Assembly: GCF_009834535.1 (NCBI RefSeq) | Contig: NC_045697.1 | Coordinates: 108,750,001 to 108,814,000, forward strand | Length of the DNA stretch: 64,000 nt | Reading direction: 5' to 3' | Source: Camelus ferus | Taxonomy: Eukaryota | Part shown: positions 14,331-27,967 of the stretch, piece after piece | How the letters are laid out: every line of letters begins with the position of its first letter | How positions within the stretch are numbered: the stretch's first letter is position 1 | The notes under the pieces: model-generated | What the model was told of the DNA's origin: nothing | Database searches by the model: none | Seen by the model: the letters and a program-made list of their open reading frames with translations, nothing else | Program-made: the position numbers and the translations under genes

Positions 14331-15962
14331 TGCTGATGATGGTTTGTGCCAACAGTGGCTTTTCTAGCCCAGGATCAGGTGGCAGGGGCTTGAATCAGGG
14401 CTCAGCCACTTCCTGGCTGTGTGCCCTTGAGCAAGTTAACCTTTCTGACCCCAAATTTTCTGTTCTCGTCTCATCTGCAAAACATACATAATACTACCAT
14501 GTACCTTAGCAGGCTGTCGGACAGGATAAATGAGAAAACAGAGGGAAAGCACTGCGCTACAGAACATGAATGTGCGTTGTGATCATGCAGTTTCTACACT
14601 AGCAAATGTTTGTCGGTTAAACACAAGCGTATACATTGCTTCAAACATCCAAAAGCTTTAAGAAACCATCTTCCAAAACAAACCTTCAGTTTCTGAGGCC
14701 AATGTACTTCAATGTGCTTTGTTTAGAACTCTGCAAGCATTTTGAAGGCTCAGCCTGTGACCCTGTCCACCCTGTCCAGGGAACCCGTTCGCTGAGAACA
14801 TCAAAGAGCCCAGGACCTCACACATGGCGCTCACCCGTGTAGCTTACGTGCTTCTAAGTCTGTGCACCGTGAGGACGTGCCAGGCCCCTCGCCACATTAG
14901 AAATGTTCCTAACGTGGGTACAGTGGCTTCAGCTGTGGGACATCAGGTCATCTCTAGTGTTGCAACTCTCACAGGCAATTTCCACCAGTGGTGTGGTGAC
15001 CATCAGGCCTGTCAGCAAGTCAGCAACCTGGGATCCGTCCCACCACCCACCCCCGAGCCCCGAGGCATAAGTCTCTCCCATGCACGTTCCTTTATTTAGT
15101 TAGATGTGTTCCCTGCTGTCTTCATGGCTATTTATCATCTCTGTGAAATGATCAAATCAGCCCAGACAACTTCAGCTCTTGCAAATCCTTGAGTTCTCCG
15201 TGAAAAACATCTTGGCAAACTGCCACAGACTTGCAACAAATAAAACAAGTGATCCCGCTTCAAACCTCAAACCCCTGTCGCTTGCCTTGATGTTAATTCG
15301 GACGGTTTTAGTAACTTCTCTGTGACAGCGGCATTCGAGAGTACTTCTCGGAGTGTTATATAGGTATTTTAAGAATGTGGGACAGCTTTAAGCTGTATAG
15401 TCCCAGGAGCTACAAACTGTAAAAACAAATTGAACTGATGAAAAAGTATCATCTGATTATTTTTACGAAAGCAATTAATTGCAATGCTACCAGTTAAATA
15501 AGGAGGTGTAATTCTAACGCCTGGTTTCATACCTGCCCCTTGTTGCTGTCAGGATCTAGAGAAGCCACTTTTGTTCTTCTGACTAGTTTATCTTGTAACA
15601 ATCCCCCGTTATGACCGCAGCGAGTGTTGCCGGTCCCTGAAAATGCAATAAACCTATGCTAAACCTGGCTTGCGCTATGAGGCTCTCTCACTTGGCTTCA
15701 GGGGAGGGCAGCGTTCAATGTAGCACAAAGTCAAGTAACAGCTAGATCATGCTCCTTTCCTCTTCATCAATATAATGTCCCTTCTTCCCGTAAGAGGCCT
15801 GGCCCGAGTGGAATTAAAGAGATGCGCATCTGGCTAACATGAGAGCCAGGCCTAGAATTGGTCCAAGACACATAGATCATGCCCACAGTGTAGACATAAT
15901 CTGGGCCACTATTCAAGCAATGCTGTGGTTTATTAAACTGAGTACTTCTTCTTTCACCCACT

Positions 15963-15964
<2 letters not shown>

Positions 15965-16000
<36 letters not shown>
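15965..16000. repeat. (CA)n microsatellite
   Basis: Pure run of about 18 units. Confidence 0.95.
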
Positions 16001-16002
<2 letters not shown>

Positions 16003-19000
16003 CTGCCTATTAACAATCTCATTTGAGGTTACCATCCTGCAGGATTAGAAACTGTTACTTTATCATCCTCATAATACTTAGCTCAGATTTGAGGGAAATC
16101 AGTTGGCACTGAACATACTCAATATTTAATACTTGTTGACTTTTAAATGACTTGAGGGACTAGAAAGAAAAAGAGGAGAGAAACTCATGAAGTAATTGGA
16201 AGTGGCCACAGAGATTTACGTGCTCGGAGAGGCCAAAATAGTTCCCACAAAACCGCTGTTTTCTTGCAATTAATGGTTCCGTCTTGTCAATGACTGCACA
16301 GGTGGTGGACACACCAGCCACCAAATAGCTTAGCCTCATGGTAGCCAGCTGTCTTGCTGCTAAGTGTTCTTTTTTGAGATCTCTAAGGTGTCTTTTAATT
16401 TATGGACTATCTCTTTTTTTAACTAATCAATAAAAGAAAATGAAATGCAATTTTAAAACAAACTCTCCTCTAGACTGAGTTTCATCACAACTCATCATAA
16501 ACTTGCTGTGTGAACCTGGACAAATCACTTAACCTCTCTGAGTTCTAGGTTTACACAGATGGATTATTTCACTTTTAGCTGGTTGTCCTGGCACGATGTA
16601 GACAATGCCAAGCACACATTAAATGCTCAATAAATAAGTTTTTTAAAACTGCACTTTCCCCCAAAAAAGACAAAGAGAAAGGAAGAAACAGGAAGAAATT
16701 CACAACATTCTTTATTAAACTAACCTGGATTTTCCTGAGAAACACTGAAGTGATCCTCTTTTTAGAATATCATGAGCTCAGAAGTGAATCATAAAATGAA
16801 CAATAGAATTATTACAAAACCAGAACAGATCTATGGTTCCTTACCCTCTCTGACTTAGTTAATTCCTAGGTAACAGTACCTAGACTTCTGGCATGTACAA
16901 TAAACGTTTTATTATTGTTGTTGTCGTCACTGTACTTGCAAAATTATAAATCTACTTGGATGAAACCAAATCTAATTCTCCCCTAATCTTTCCCAATGCT
17001 ATTACTTAACGTAAAATCATCACTGTGGCCAACAGGCAGAAAGGGAAAGACGCTTGGCTAATATTTGCAGTTCCTTGTCTGTGGTTATTCACTGAAGCTT
17101 GCAGAGGCAGGAACACCAAGCTTTCAGGAAATCATCTAGTTCCAAAGGCCTCAGGAAGAAGGAAGAGGCTGCCTAGACTGTGAGCACCCTGATGAAAGCA
17201 ATTCCATCTTGTTTTTGCCACTATCAACCGGCATTCGAGAAGGTATTATAAGGGTGGGGGCAGACCAGAAGGGAGTGAATTCTTCACAGAGAATTTAAAC
17301 AATAATAAAACCAACTCAGTGGATCTGGTTTCTGTTATCACTGTGCCGTGGCCGTGCTGAACAACGTCAGTGATGGAATTCTGTTCGATGCCAGGGCGGC
17401 TCTGCCTCCACACTGCCGCACCCCTTGGACGCTGCCCCACGGACACTATTCCCAGCACCTGCGCATTGCCTGGCACATGACAGGTATGGATTATAGGGGG
17501 AAATGCTAAGGTGGCAAATAAGAATATAGAACTCCCCCTCCCCTGCAGTTCCTTTGCTGCCTTTTCTTACTGATTTCTTGAAAACCCATAGTTTAAACTT
17601 CCCATAGTACTTTGTGTATCTCTGGCCCTTATTCAAATCCTGTGTTAAGTTTTAGACTTCACAGCTCAAGGGAAATGTCCACTCAGTGAGGACAGGGCAA
17701 GGTAATGAGCACCCACTGGCGAATGGGATCTGTGGGGAAAGTTCTGGAAGACCTGAGATGATGGACTCTAACCAGAGAAGGTTGAAGGGTGGAAGCCTTG
17801 GCACATAGTATGATGCATTAAGTGTGGGAGGGTGACCAGATCAACTCCTTTTTTCCCAGAAGCACCTGTGGACTTTATGTATCACAGAGGCTCCACATCA
17901 GGGTGTCTTTCTAGCATCAAGAAGGGCTGAACCCTGTAAACGGATTCCAGAATTCTTTGTTCCCCATCCTCTTGCTTAGATTAGCAGGAAAATGGGGAAG
18001 TGTTTTCCACTAAGTTCAATCTTCAGCGATGGCTATATACTTTCGGAAGCATTAGAGTCACCTGTGTACTGGGAGCTTTGGGGAGAATGATGTGTCAAAA
18101 TAGGTTAACTGACTGAAACAAATTCCCCATCTCCTGTTTGGAGATGTCAACAGTGGGGAAGGCGGTGCATGCCAGGACAAGGGGTATATGGGACTTCTCT
18201 GTACTTTCTGCTCAATTTTGCTGAGAACCTAAAACTTTTCTAAAATATGATACCTTTTTTTTTTCTTTTAAAGCCAATTGGAGAGGATGGGGAGAACTAT
18301 GAAAGAATCAGTTTCATTGCGTGGCGCTTCAAAACTTACAAAGTGGTTTTTTTCCTCTTATCTTATCTCTTATCCAGTGAAACTAGCAGAGCAGGTGGCA
18401 TTATTTCCATTTTTCAAGACCAGGAAACTGGAGCTCATAGAGTTAAAGTGACTTGTCTTTGGATAAAGAACAAACGACTGTCCAAGTCAGGTCTTAAAAC
18501 TAGTCTGATTCTAAGCCCAGTCACCAATGCTCTCTCCACCTGTATCTCTAATGATTCACAAGCTTTTCAAGAGAAAAAAATGTCTTCTTTCTGTCCTGGA
18601 TTAGATATTCAAAGTAAATGTTTCATCAACTATCAATGTCATTAACACAATAGGAGGAAGTAATATAAATAAATTCATGACAGAAAAGAAAGATTATCTA
18701 AACTATATACTCTTTCAAAAACTCCAAACTGCTAAGAGGACTTATTCTGAAATCAACAACATTAATGGGTCTATGCTGATAATGGATGGGGAACCGGAAG
18801 TCTCCAATCATTCCTAGGAGATGAAACATTCATGATTTCTCAGGACAGGCGAGCTCCAGAAAGAAATTCCCAGGGAAACCAGGGGCAAAAATAATGCCCC
18901 ACCTACCGAAACAGATGTGCCTGGACTTTAAGACATAAGTTCATGAGCCCAAACGGCAATGTGTTTATGTACATCAATTCTAACTTTTTAATAAAAATAG

Positions 19001-20429
19001 TAACCAATATTTATTGAAGAGTCAATTCTGTACCAGGCTTTGTTCCAAGTGCTTTGTACTTTTCTGAGTTTTTGGTGAATAAAAATTAAATTTGTTTTGC
19101 AATATCGTGATACCCCTTGAAGTAATCAGATAGTATGTTTGGCACCAAAGGCTAGGGACTTGCCATTCTTGGTTCTAGAACCATGGCTTCACCGAGAGGG
19201 AGTGAGGGGAAGGCCTGACAGTTGTCCTTGAGTTAAAACCAGATAGTTCTGGACCAACAGAAGAATGTAGGCATTCCCTTTAAAAATAATAATTTAGCAT
19301 AAAGCAGCTTTCCAAATAGGTTAAAGCTTTTTGCCTTATGCACAGAAATGTGCTTGAGCTTATTTCAAAGACCAACCTCTCAATATTTCAAAAATACGAT
19401 TTCTAAGAAGCTTTCACCACCATACAATTCTCTAACATTAAGCTTCTCCTATGTTGCTAACAATTTCAAAGAATAAGAGGCAGGTATATAAAATCCACTG
19501 ACATTACACATCTTTTGATGGTGCCCATCACAGACACAGTAATAAGGTATTTATAAGATTTTGGTGGTGATCTTAGCCCTATTCTAGACATACATAAATG
19601 TTCGTTTTTAGGTGAAAAATGAAAGGAAAAGATTCCTTTGTAATGTCCTTTGTGATACAGCCACTAGCATCTTTTCCCTTCGTCTGCTTGTTAATATCCG
19701 CTATCTCATTTAAATAGCATAGACTTTTCTCTGAACCAGTGATGAATTTTAACATGCAAACACCTGCAGAGGTGACAATGACTGATATCGACAACAAGAT
19801 GGAGATTTCTGCAGCAGAGAGGAGGTTTGCCTCAGAAAGATTGCGGTGGCATGACTTCTTAGGTGAGGTTTAGGGAAAGAAGCAGAATGAGGGTCCGGAA
19901 GACAAACCTCTGACTGCCTCAGTCACCGTCTAGTAATCAGTATTTCCCTGCAATGCTCTGGCTTCAGAAACTGTTTATGACGAGTGACTGCCCTCTGGAT
20001 GCATTTAAGGTGACTGGCACAGGACCTCTGGTTAACCTGGAGGGAGAGCCGGTGAGTGGTATCAATCCTGCTCTGAAAGTTTATTCTGTTTATCCTGATA
20101 GGAGTGTAACATCTCAGTCATGGGCTCAGTCAAGTTCCCTGCTGGCTGGTCATCTCTGAGTCACTCCATCAACAATCCAGTGCTCACCCCCCATCCCAAC
20201 CCCTCGGCCAAATCACAGAGGCGCTCTGGGGAACAAGTCCCCGACTTGCTGAATCATCTATCCTGTTTCCTGCGAGCACATCCCACGTCCTGACCAAAGA
20301 ATTCTCTGATCAAAACCACTCAAACAGGGTCATTTCTATCCTCACAAAAGATTTTGGAATTTAAACTGGGTTATGGAGTGCTGAAAGACACGCCTACCCC
20401 GGGTGCACTGAAATTTTCTATCAAGCAGA

Positions 20430-20441
20430 GCCACCTAGTGG
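20430..20441 (-). promoter_or_regulatory. CTCF core motif CCACTAGGTGGC
   Basis: Exact match to the CCASYAGRKGGC consensus, in intron 6. Confidence 0.45.
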
Positions 20442-20938
20442 TGGAATGTAATATGGGTTTTTTAAATTCTCATTTAACTTCTCTCCTAGAACACTCCAAT
20501 CCAGGCGGGGTTTCCTTTTGTCTTGATTTTTACATGTTCATTGTACTCATTCTTACTTACAGTTTCCCCTTTGAGACTGTCACCTTCCTCTATTTTCCTT
20601 ACCAAACATCTATTCATCCAAGGTATACAAACCCAGAGTTTGTTATAATCAGAAAGTATTAGGACTGAAACAGAAGCCAACTCAACAGTGTCTCTTTAGA
20701 AGGGCAAGAAAATGTCAGTACGAATTTATTTCTAAAGATAAAGGGCCACTTGGATATTTACTTTGTACTTTTCTATCTTCCATAACTCACACTGTTTCCT
20801 CCACACTACACCAATATACTCCCATGTAAACTGTCACATAAAATTTACAGGCACAGAGAAGGTGGGCAAAAGTCCTTGACTGTGGTCTCTGATCTCCCCC
20901 AACACACACATATAATCTGTGGTAGAAATTAGAAGTAC

Positions 20939-20999
20939 CTTGGGTGGTTTTGGTTTGGTTCCTTTTCTTCCTCTAAGGTAGGTAAACATTCATAGTCGG
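20939..20999 (-). CDS. TMEM154: TMEM154 exon 6 (ADYECLPTLEEEKEPNQNHPS)
   Basis: Acceptor ttctgtcctag|CC and a weak donor AAG|GTACTT. 61 nt. Confidence 0.92.
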
Positions 21000-21471
21000 C
21001 TAGGACAGAACAAAACAAGCTTACTGTTAGTTACTGAAATTCTATTTTCTATCCACAAAACTCACACAGTTGAGCATCACATTTCTCTGATCGTGTGGTT
21101 ACTTGGACAGAAATGGCCTCACCAGGGAGCTCCGGAGGTTAAAAGATTAATGATGGCAAGGCTCTTGAAATGGAAAATGTACTAATAGCACAGATACAAG
21201 ACTTCAACGTGTCTCTGGCTCCGTTGGAAAGGGCACAATTCATCACTGCTTGGTTATTCAGTCCCTGAAGAACCCCACTGTGGCTCCAAAGACTGGAATC
21301 TGCATGGCTCAGGGTGGATGCTGGAATAAAACAGCCTCACCTGCGGTCCTGATGTGCCTGCAGAATGACTTCGGTCAGGAGGCACGATGGGAAAGGAGCA
21401 GGCAAAGTGGGGAACAATTGACCTTCTTAAGGTCATCAGAATTCTCTCTTATGACACTTCTGCTGGTTTTC

Positions 21472-21643
21472 TTCTTTTTTTTAATATTTTACTTATTTAT
21501 TATTGTATTGCTTAAATATTTTATTTGGGTGAGGAGGGAAGGTAATTAGGTTTATTTATTTTTGAGGGAGGTACTGGGGATTGAACCCAGGACCTCGTGC
21601 ATGCTAAGCATGTGCTCTACCACTTGAGCTGTACTCTCCCCCC
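21472..21643 (-). mobile_element. tRNA-derived SINE (vic-1-like)
   Basis: Minus strand AGCTCAAGTGGTAGAGCACATGCTTAGCATGCACGAGGTCCTGGGTTCAATCCCCAGTACC followed by an A-rich tail. Confidence 0.9.
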
Positions 21644-22432
21644 AACTACTGCTGTTTTTAAAGGGGAAAAAAATCCATTGGATCAATCACCTATGCATCA
21701 AAACAACTCTCTGCTTTAGTTGTCAAATAGAAATGGCTTTTTCCAGATTTCTGATTTTAGTGAGTGTAACAGGATCACGATTTTGTATTACAATGACCTC
21801 AGCCACAAAAGGAAATATACCAAAATATTAAGAGAGATTGTTTCTGGGTGATGGATTTTTTTTCCTCATTCCACTTTTTTTTTTTTTTTTGCAGTTTCCA
21901 AATTCTACTGTGTTTGTATATTACTTTTATAAACTAAAAACAACAAAATGAAACTACTTTAAGGATTACCTCAATGACCCACCCCAATCTGCAAATGCTT
22001 TACAGAGCCATTCTTCCATCAATATTGGACTATGAAAAACTGTTCAAAATTGTACAAGTTAGTTAAGTGGTTCTAATATTACTAATACACAATTGTATAT
22101 ATTGGAATAATACAATAATTTCTAATAACAAGTATCTAGATTTGAGAATTCCATTGTAGATTGTTGAATCTGACAGACCCTGGGGTATTTTTTAAGATAA
22201 ATATTAAAAATACATGTGATGTAATAATATAAATAGTGGATTGTATTAATTTAACATGAGCATTAAAATAATTTATTGATTTTTTAAAGGAATTAAAAAA
22301 AGAAAAAACAGCTATCATCATTTTAAAGTCCAAATATTGATTTAATGAAAAGTAAGGAATATATACTATAATTACTACCAGGTATCAGCTGGAAAGTAAG
22401 TAATAGTTGGATATTTATATCACTATCTCTAT

Positions 22433-22632
22433 TAGTGCTGTCCAATAGGACTTTCTACAGTGACTGGAATGTTCTAGATCGTCACTTTATGCTAAAATAG
22501 CCGTTAGCTACAGGTGGCTACTGAGTCTTCAAAATGTGACTGGAGTGACTAAGGAACAAAATTAATTTTATTTAATTTTTAAAATTTTAAGTGAAGCAGA
22601 CACATATGACTAGTGTCTATTGGACAGCACAG
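22433..22632. mobile_element. MER3-like hAT-Charlie MITE
   Basis: TIRs gtgctgtccaatag ... ctattggacagcac; about 200 bp long. Confidence 0.85.
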
Positions 22633-23028
22633 ATCGATGTAAATTATATTTGAGGAAGTTTTATATTTGTATACAGATTAAAATCACAGATGTCTAAATT
22701 CTATAAGACACCAGGTAAAACCAGATGCTAACTTTTCCCAGATAGCTTGGTCTCAAGAGATTTCCTTGCTTGAAAAAACGACCATTTTCTTCTCGAAAAA
22801 GATCATGTGAAAAATGTGCACAAAAATAAAAACAAGTGACAATTGATACAATAATTAAAATGAATAGTTAAGGGTGGTCAGACCCAAGGTTACTGTCTGC
22901 ATGTGCCTGATGTAACGCGGGTGGGTTCACCCGGTCCCACGCCAGGATTTACCGCACGGTTATAAAGCTTTTGCAGCTTTCTCTTATCAGAGAGAACAGA
23001 AAAAACTAGATTATTACACCCCACATAC

Positions 23029-23114
23029 CATTTCTATTCATGCTGTTCATCCACTTATCAAGCTCTTCCATTTCTATTTCCATGACAGAGGGTGTGTCTT
23101 CCTCAAAAATAGGT
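23029..23114 (-). CDS. TMEM154: TMEM154 exon 5 (PIFEEDTPSVMEIEMEELDKWMNSMNRN)
   Basis: Acceptor ctctctctag|AC and donor ATG|GTATGT. 86 nt; the most recognisable conserved block of the tail. Confidence 0.96.
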
Positions 23115-24007
23115 CTAGAGAGAGAAAGTAAAAAGCTTGTTGGAAAAAAAACCAAAAAACAAAAAAACACGAAACAAAACCAACACGTGTGGTGTGCTTA
23201 ATTTCATTTGAGGAGAGCCTAGGATGTGGACCGTGGACTCTGGGGAAGATGAACTTGATTCCGTATCTGATCCTCCAGGGTAGCCTGGGTGAGCAGGGGT
23301 TTGCCTGTTCAAGTGTACCAACTCTTAACAGGAAAAAAGGCGAAAACTAAAGTAAACCTTCAACCGTCACTGATCTAAACATGTAGAGAGCACATACCAG
23401 GACCAGGCTGAAAGGGAATCCAGACTCTGATCCCCTGAAGGTACCAGCCGAGCCTACAAGGCTTCCTCTGCAAGCCCCCTCCAGGGAGTTGCTACATTTA
23501 GCATTTTAGCCTTGCTTAATTTCACTTCCCTTTCTTTTGGGGTTTTTCATCAGTGCCCCAGGTCAAGACACCACTGTAAACAGGCTACTTTCATCACCTC
23601 TCCCTTTGTTCCTGGATTTCCTGCTTTGAAGAAATGGAACCCTTGCTTTCAGAAATCGGGGGGCTTCCCCCCTGCCAGGGCTGGGCGCGCACCATTAGGT
23701 GAAGCAGCCCCGGGCTGCCGGAGAGGGAGGTGGGGGCGGGGACCCCCAGCTCTGAAGGGCTGCCTATGCGCTAGCCTGTGCGGAGGAAGCCAGTCTGGTG
23801 TCCAAACAAGCAAGGGCGGGGCTGACTTGGTGGTGACATCACCCCAGACCACCCCTCTGGGCGGAATCCTCTCTCCCTCTCTCCCCTCCACCTCGCTTCC
23901 TGCCCCCAGCCCCTATGATGCACTGCTTCTCAACCTACAGACTTCAGTCTTCTCGCTCTCCTCCCTTAATACCAGCCAAAGTATCTTCCCTGGTGATAAA
24001 AAATTTT

Positions 24008-24225
24008 AACAAGACATTACTGTACATAAAATAAGCAACAAGGACCTACTGTATAACACAGGGAACTATATTCAATTTCTTGTAATGATCCGTAATGGAA
24101 AAGAAACAAAATATATGTATGTATTATGTATGTATATGTATAACTGAACTGATTTGCTGTACACCTGACACTAACATTGTAAATCGACTACACTTCAATA
24201 AAAAATAAGAATAAAAAATTTTTTA
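24008..24225 (+). mobile_element. L1 3' end (young artiodactyl/camelid-type)
   Basis: acagggaactatattcaa...gctgtacacctgacactaacattgtaaatcgactacacttcaataaaaaa. Confidence 0.85.
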
Positions 24226-24551
24226 AATCAGAATAAATGAATCAATGTCCTTGAAATATGCCCAGGGTCAGAAATATTTAACCAACCATGCATTTGGAAT
24301 TGGCCACAGTCAGAAAAAGGTTCTTTTCTGAACAGAGGATCTTCTCTTCTACTCAGATCCCCTGCTGGGCTGAGGTGGGGGCTCTCGCATATCCTCCGGC
24401 ACATGTCCTGGGGCCGGGGAAGCGGGAGGTCCCCACGAGGAGTGTCTGAACCAAAACTGTTGAAAAGCTGGTTCTCTAATCTGCTTATCCCCGGACATCC
24501 TCGACACCATCGTCCACCCTGAGCTGGAATGGATGCAGTAGGGGAACTTAC

Positions 24552-24579
24552 ACTTTCAAGTTTTCATTTCCCAGTTCAC
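24552..24579 (-). CDS. TMEM154: TMEM154 exon 4 (CELGNENLKV)
   Basis: Acceptor ctctctcttag|GT and donor AGT|GTAAGT. 28 nt; frame is consistent with both neighbours. Confidence 0.93.
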
Positions 24580-25115
24580 CTAAGAGAGAGTAAACATAAA
24601 AGTCACGTTAGCTTGCGTAGTCTGTAACAACTTTTCATTTCAACAATAGCTGAAATCTCTACAGAGAGAGGCAATGACTTTAAGTAGATGAGGTTTTTAA
24701 AGGAACCATAATTAACCTCTAAGTTAACAACTGCAGATTGCTATGTTGAAATGAGGTGCCATCACCATGAAATCTGTTTCTTTTAGATATCGGGGTCCTC
24801 TGAGAGCACACACTTCACATCAGATGTCCATCCCTCTGGGCTGTCTTTATCCATATGAAGAGGAAAACAGTGGTAAGGGGGACAAAGGAGGAGTTGACAA
24901 GAATGCTTGTTCCTGGACCCCCAGGTATCCCGGTTCAAACCACTGCTGCTTCATCTGCTTGTGACACTCCAAACCAAACAGCGTGACACTGTCCCTTTGT
25001 CCCAGAGTAGGATGTGGGGTATCTGTCACAGGCTCCACTCGGACCACTCCTCTAACCCCTACTCTTTGCGTGGCTGAATCCCTCACACCTTCCAGTCTCA
25101 GTGAAAGCGAGTCCC

Positions 25116-25630
25116 TCTAAAACCGAATTCCCCTACCGAGGTTATGATTCATCTCTCTATCCAAAACTTTATTCTCTTTCTTGTCCCGTCTGACCTCAAT
25201 CCTAACTGAACACTCACTAACCAGAATCGGAGGACTAAAATTGCTGCTTGTCGATAACATCGTTCGTGTACTAAAATTGCTGCTGTAGGTATCACTATTA
25301 CACAAACTCAAGTTGTCTCTCCGGGGCAAGATGCGCTCACAGACCCCCAGCCATGGACCACCTGGCCAGGGAATCATAAACCAGAGACATCCCGACTCAC
25401 CAAACCATGATTAAGAAATGTCACACAAATGTCACAAGATGATTAATCCCAGCTTCTCTGTTCTTCTCTGTTAAGAACATCCCCAACTCAAAGACCAAGT
25501 TGGAGTGGATCTGAGGCTTGTCTCCCACTCCCTTGTGTGGCGCCCTGCAACAAACCTTTCCTTTGCTGCAAACCCACTCTCAGAGTTTGACTTCCTGTAC
25601 TGCGGGCACACAGCCCTTTGCCTGGTTACA
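25116..25630 (+). mobile_element. Solo ERV LTR (ERV1-like), antisense to TMEM154
   Basis: Termini tctaaaacc...ggttaca with flanks tccc/tcac. Internal repeat actaaaattgctgct occurs twice. U5-like caacaaacctttcctttgctgcaaa. Confidence 0.7.
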
Positions 25631-27967
25631 TCACCTTAAACTCAGAGAGGCCTCCCCCACCTCCTCTGTTTGATGTAGGGCTCATCTTTCCTGCTGTTTC
25701 CGGCTCAGTACCTTGCTTGCTTCTTCATAGCATCTGCCACCACCTGTCATTGATCAGTTCCTCTGTGTCATTCTTTTTTATCTGTCTCTTCCACTGGGCC
25801 ACAGCTCCCAAAGTGCGGGGATCATATCTGCCTTGTTCAACGTGGTATTCCCCCCTCCCATCCCACTTGCACGATACCTGGTAAACACCCTGTACATATT
25901 TATTGAATAAATGACTAGGTCTTACTCTGGATTGCCCAGTCCTGGGGTTAAATTCATGCCCAGTGTTCTGGATTTCACATTATCAAAGTAGTGAAGCTTT
26001 CAACAAGCCTGCTGTTAGTCAAGATGAGCCAGGTAACAGTTTGCAAAATGGCTCTAATGCTGATCAGACTCCAAATGAACATGTGGCAAGAATTAGGGCC
26101 CAATGCCCCAGCTCAAGCTCTGTTTTGTTTGGCAGGGAGTCCAATGCACCCAGAGAAAGGAGGCAATAATGTCCCAGCGAATGGAGAGCGCAGCCCCATT
26201 GCACCTTTTTCAATGGGAAAACCACTGAGCAGCAAACCACTGTGTAGAGGTCCGCTGCATAGTCAGATGGTCCTGATTCTTGGCAATCAGAGGCCTCCTT
26301 TTGTCTGGCAGGCAGAAATGCAGGTCCCCAGCGAGGGAACACAACCAGCAGGCACCTGGAACTGAGCTCCTGGCAGCCGGGAGCCGCTGTCATTTCCTGT
26401 GGGTTGGCGTGCTTTCATGCACCGCTAATCCAGGAAAGCTGGGCACAGATGTCAGTTTCATGCCATCACTACTTCCCTTCCAGGAGCGGTAAGTTATGTC
26501 CTTCTGCCCCCTGGGGTAGGAATGTGAAGCCCCCTGCAGATGTCTGACTCCTCAGACACTTAGATGGGGGAGAGAGGAGTGTGTACATCTTATTTTATGT
26601 ATGCATTTTTCATCTAGAATTTATCAGCTACTTCCTTAAAGGATTTTACTATAAATAAAGCCCCCATACAACTGAACCTCCCTTACAGGTGGACCCATAA
26701 AAATCCCCCTGTTTTGTCACTCCCGCCTCCTCCCTCTCCCTCTTTCCCTGCTTCATAAACAACCCCTTACTAATTTCTTGCAGAACAAGTGGCCCCACAG
26801 ACCCCCTGTTGAGGGGGTGGATTTATCTTTCTAATCTGGGTGCCCGCAGGCTTCGGGGGGAGCAAAAGCTAGCCCCGCATGCAGATGATGAAGTTTAAAA
26901 ACCCATTACACAAGTGCTCCAGAGGTTACCGAGTGTGAAGCTCGGGTTATCAGTATTCAAACAGAGCAAAAAGCCTTCCACAGCCCGTCTCCCCACCGGC
27001 CGTTACCCCTGCCCCAGGCACCATGGCAACAGAAAGACACCTGGGAGAGCTCAGCACAGCCGAGCATTAAACCAAGAGGGACACCAATTACCCGTCCTCA
27101 GCAATCAGGCCCTGCCCGCTCCACTCCACCTGGCTTGTATCTCTTTATTAATAGCCGCCTGCTACTCCCTCTGCACCCGGGAGGCTCTCACGCAGCCCGC
27201 CACCCGCACTCGATGCCATTTTCCCTCCCACCGCCCTTCCATTTCCTGTCCGCCTCCCCAGCGGGTCCTGCAGTCCCCACATGACACCCACTTAGCCTGA
27301 AGAGGCCCCGCTCCCAGCTACTCTCCTCTGTGCACTTGGCCGTGGGCTGGCCGGGGTGGGGGCTGGCGGCAGGAGCCCAGCGGGAGGCTGGCTTGCTTAT
27401 CTGGTTTCCATGCTGAGCAGCGAGCAGTGACTCTCTTTCTGAAGACTGAGCAGAGCCAGGTGTCAGGCAGCCTGTTCAAAGGGATGGTTTACTGCCAGCT
27501 GTTTTCCTGCAGCTCTTTCTGAGAGACACAGCACCTCAAGACACCTCATACGTGTTAAATAATAACAACTGCAAGTGTAATGTAATGCCTGGAAGTCTCC
27601 GGACAATGACATTAGCACAAGTCGCTACACAGCCTTCCCTTTTCCTGGGCATGAAAAGGACAGGACCAAAGGAAAAAGGGCAATTTCCATGCAAGTGAAG
27701 TGTCCTTTCTAAAAACGTTGGCCAAATACTCCCCAGTTGTTGAATTTAAAGACATTTCCTGGTATAGGGCAATACACCAGGGTCTATTCCTGTGAGCAAA
27801 GAAACAATGCGTCTATTCCTGACCTAATGAGGGGACATCCTCCTGTTCGCTCACAAAGCATTCCTTTAAGAGCTTTCCAACCAAAATGCTAGTCTGATCC
27901 AGAATGACAGTTTTATTTTTCCTGGAAAGAATATATTTAAATCAAATTCCATTAATTTAAATATTCT

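Noticed and set aside
22918..22933. Small hairpin cgggtg-ggtt-cacccg in intron 5
   Set aside because: A 6-bp stem is expected frequently by chance.
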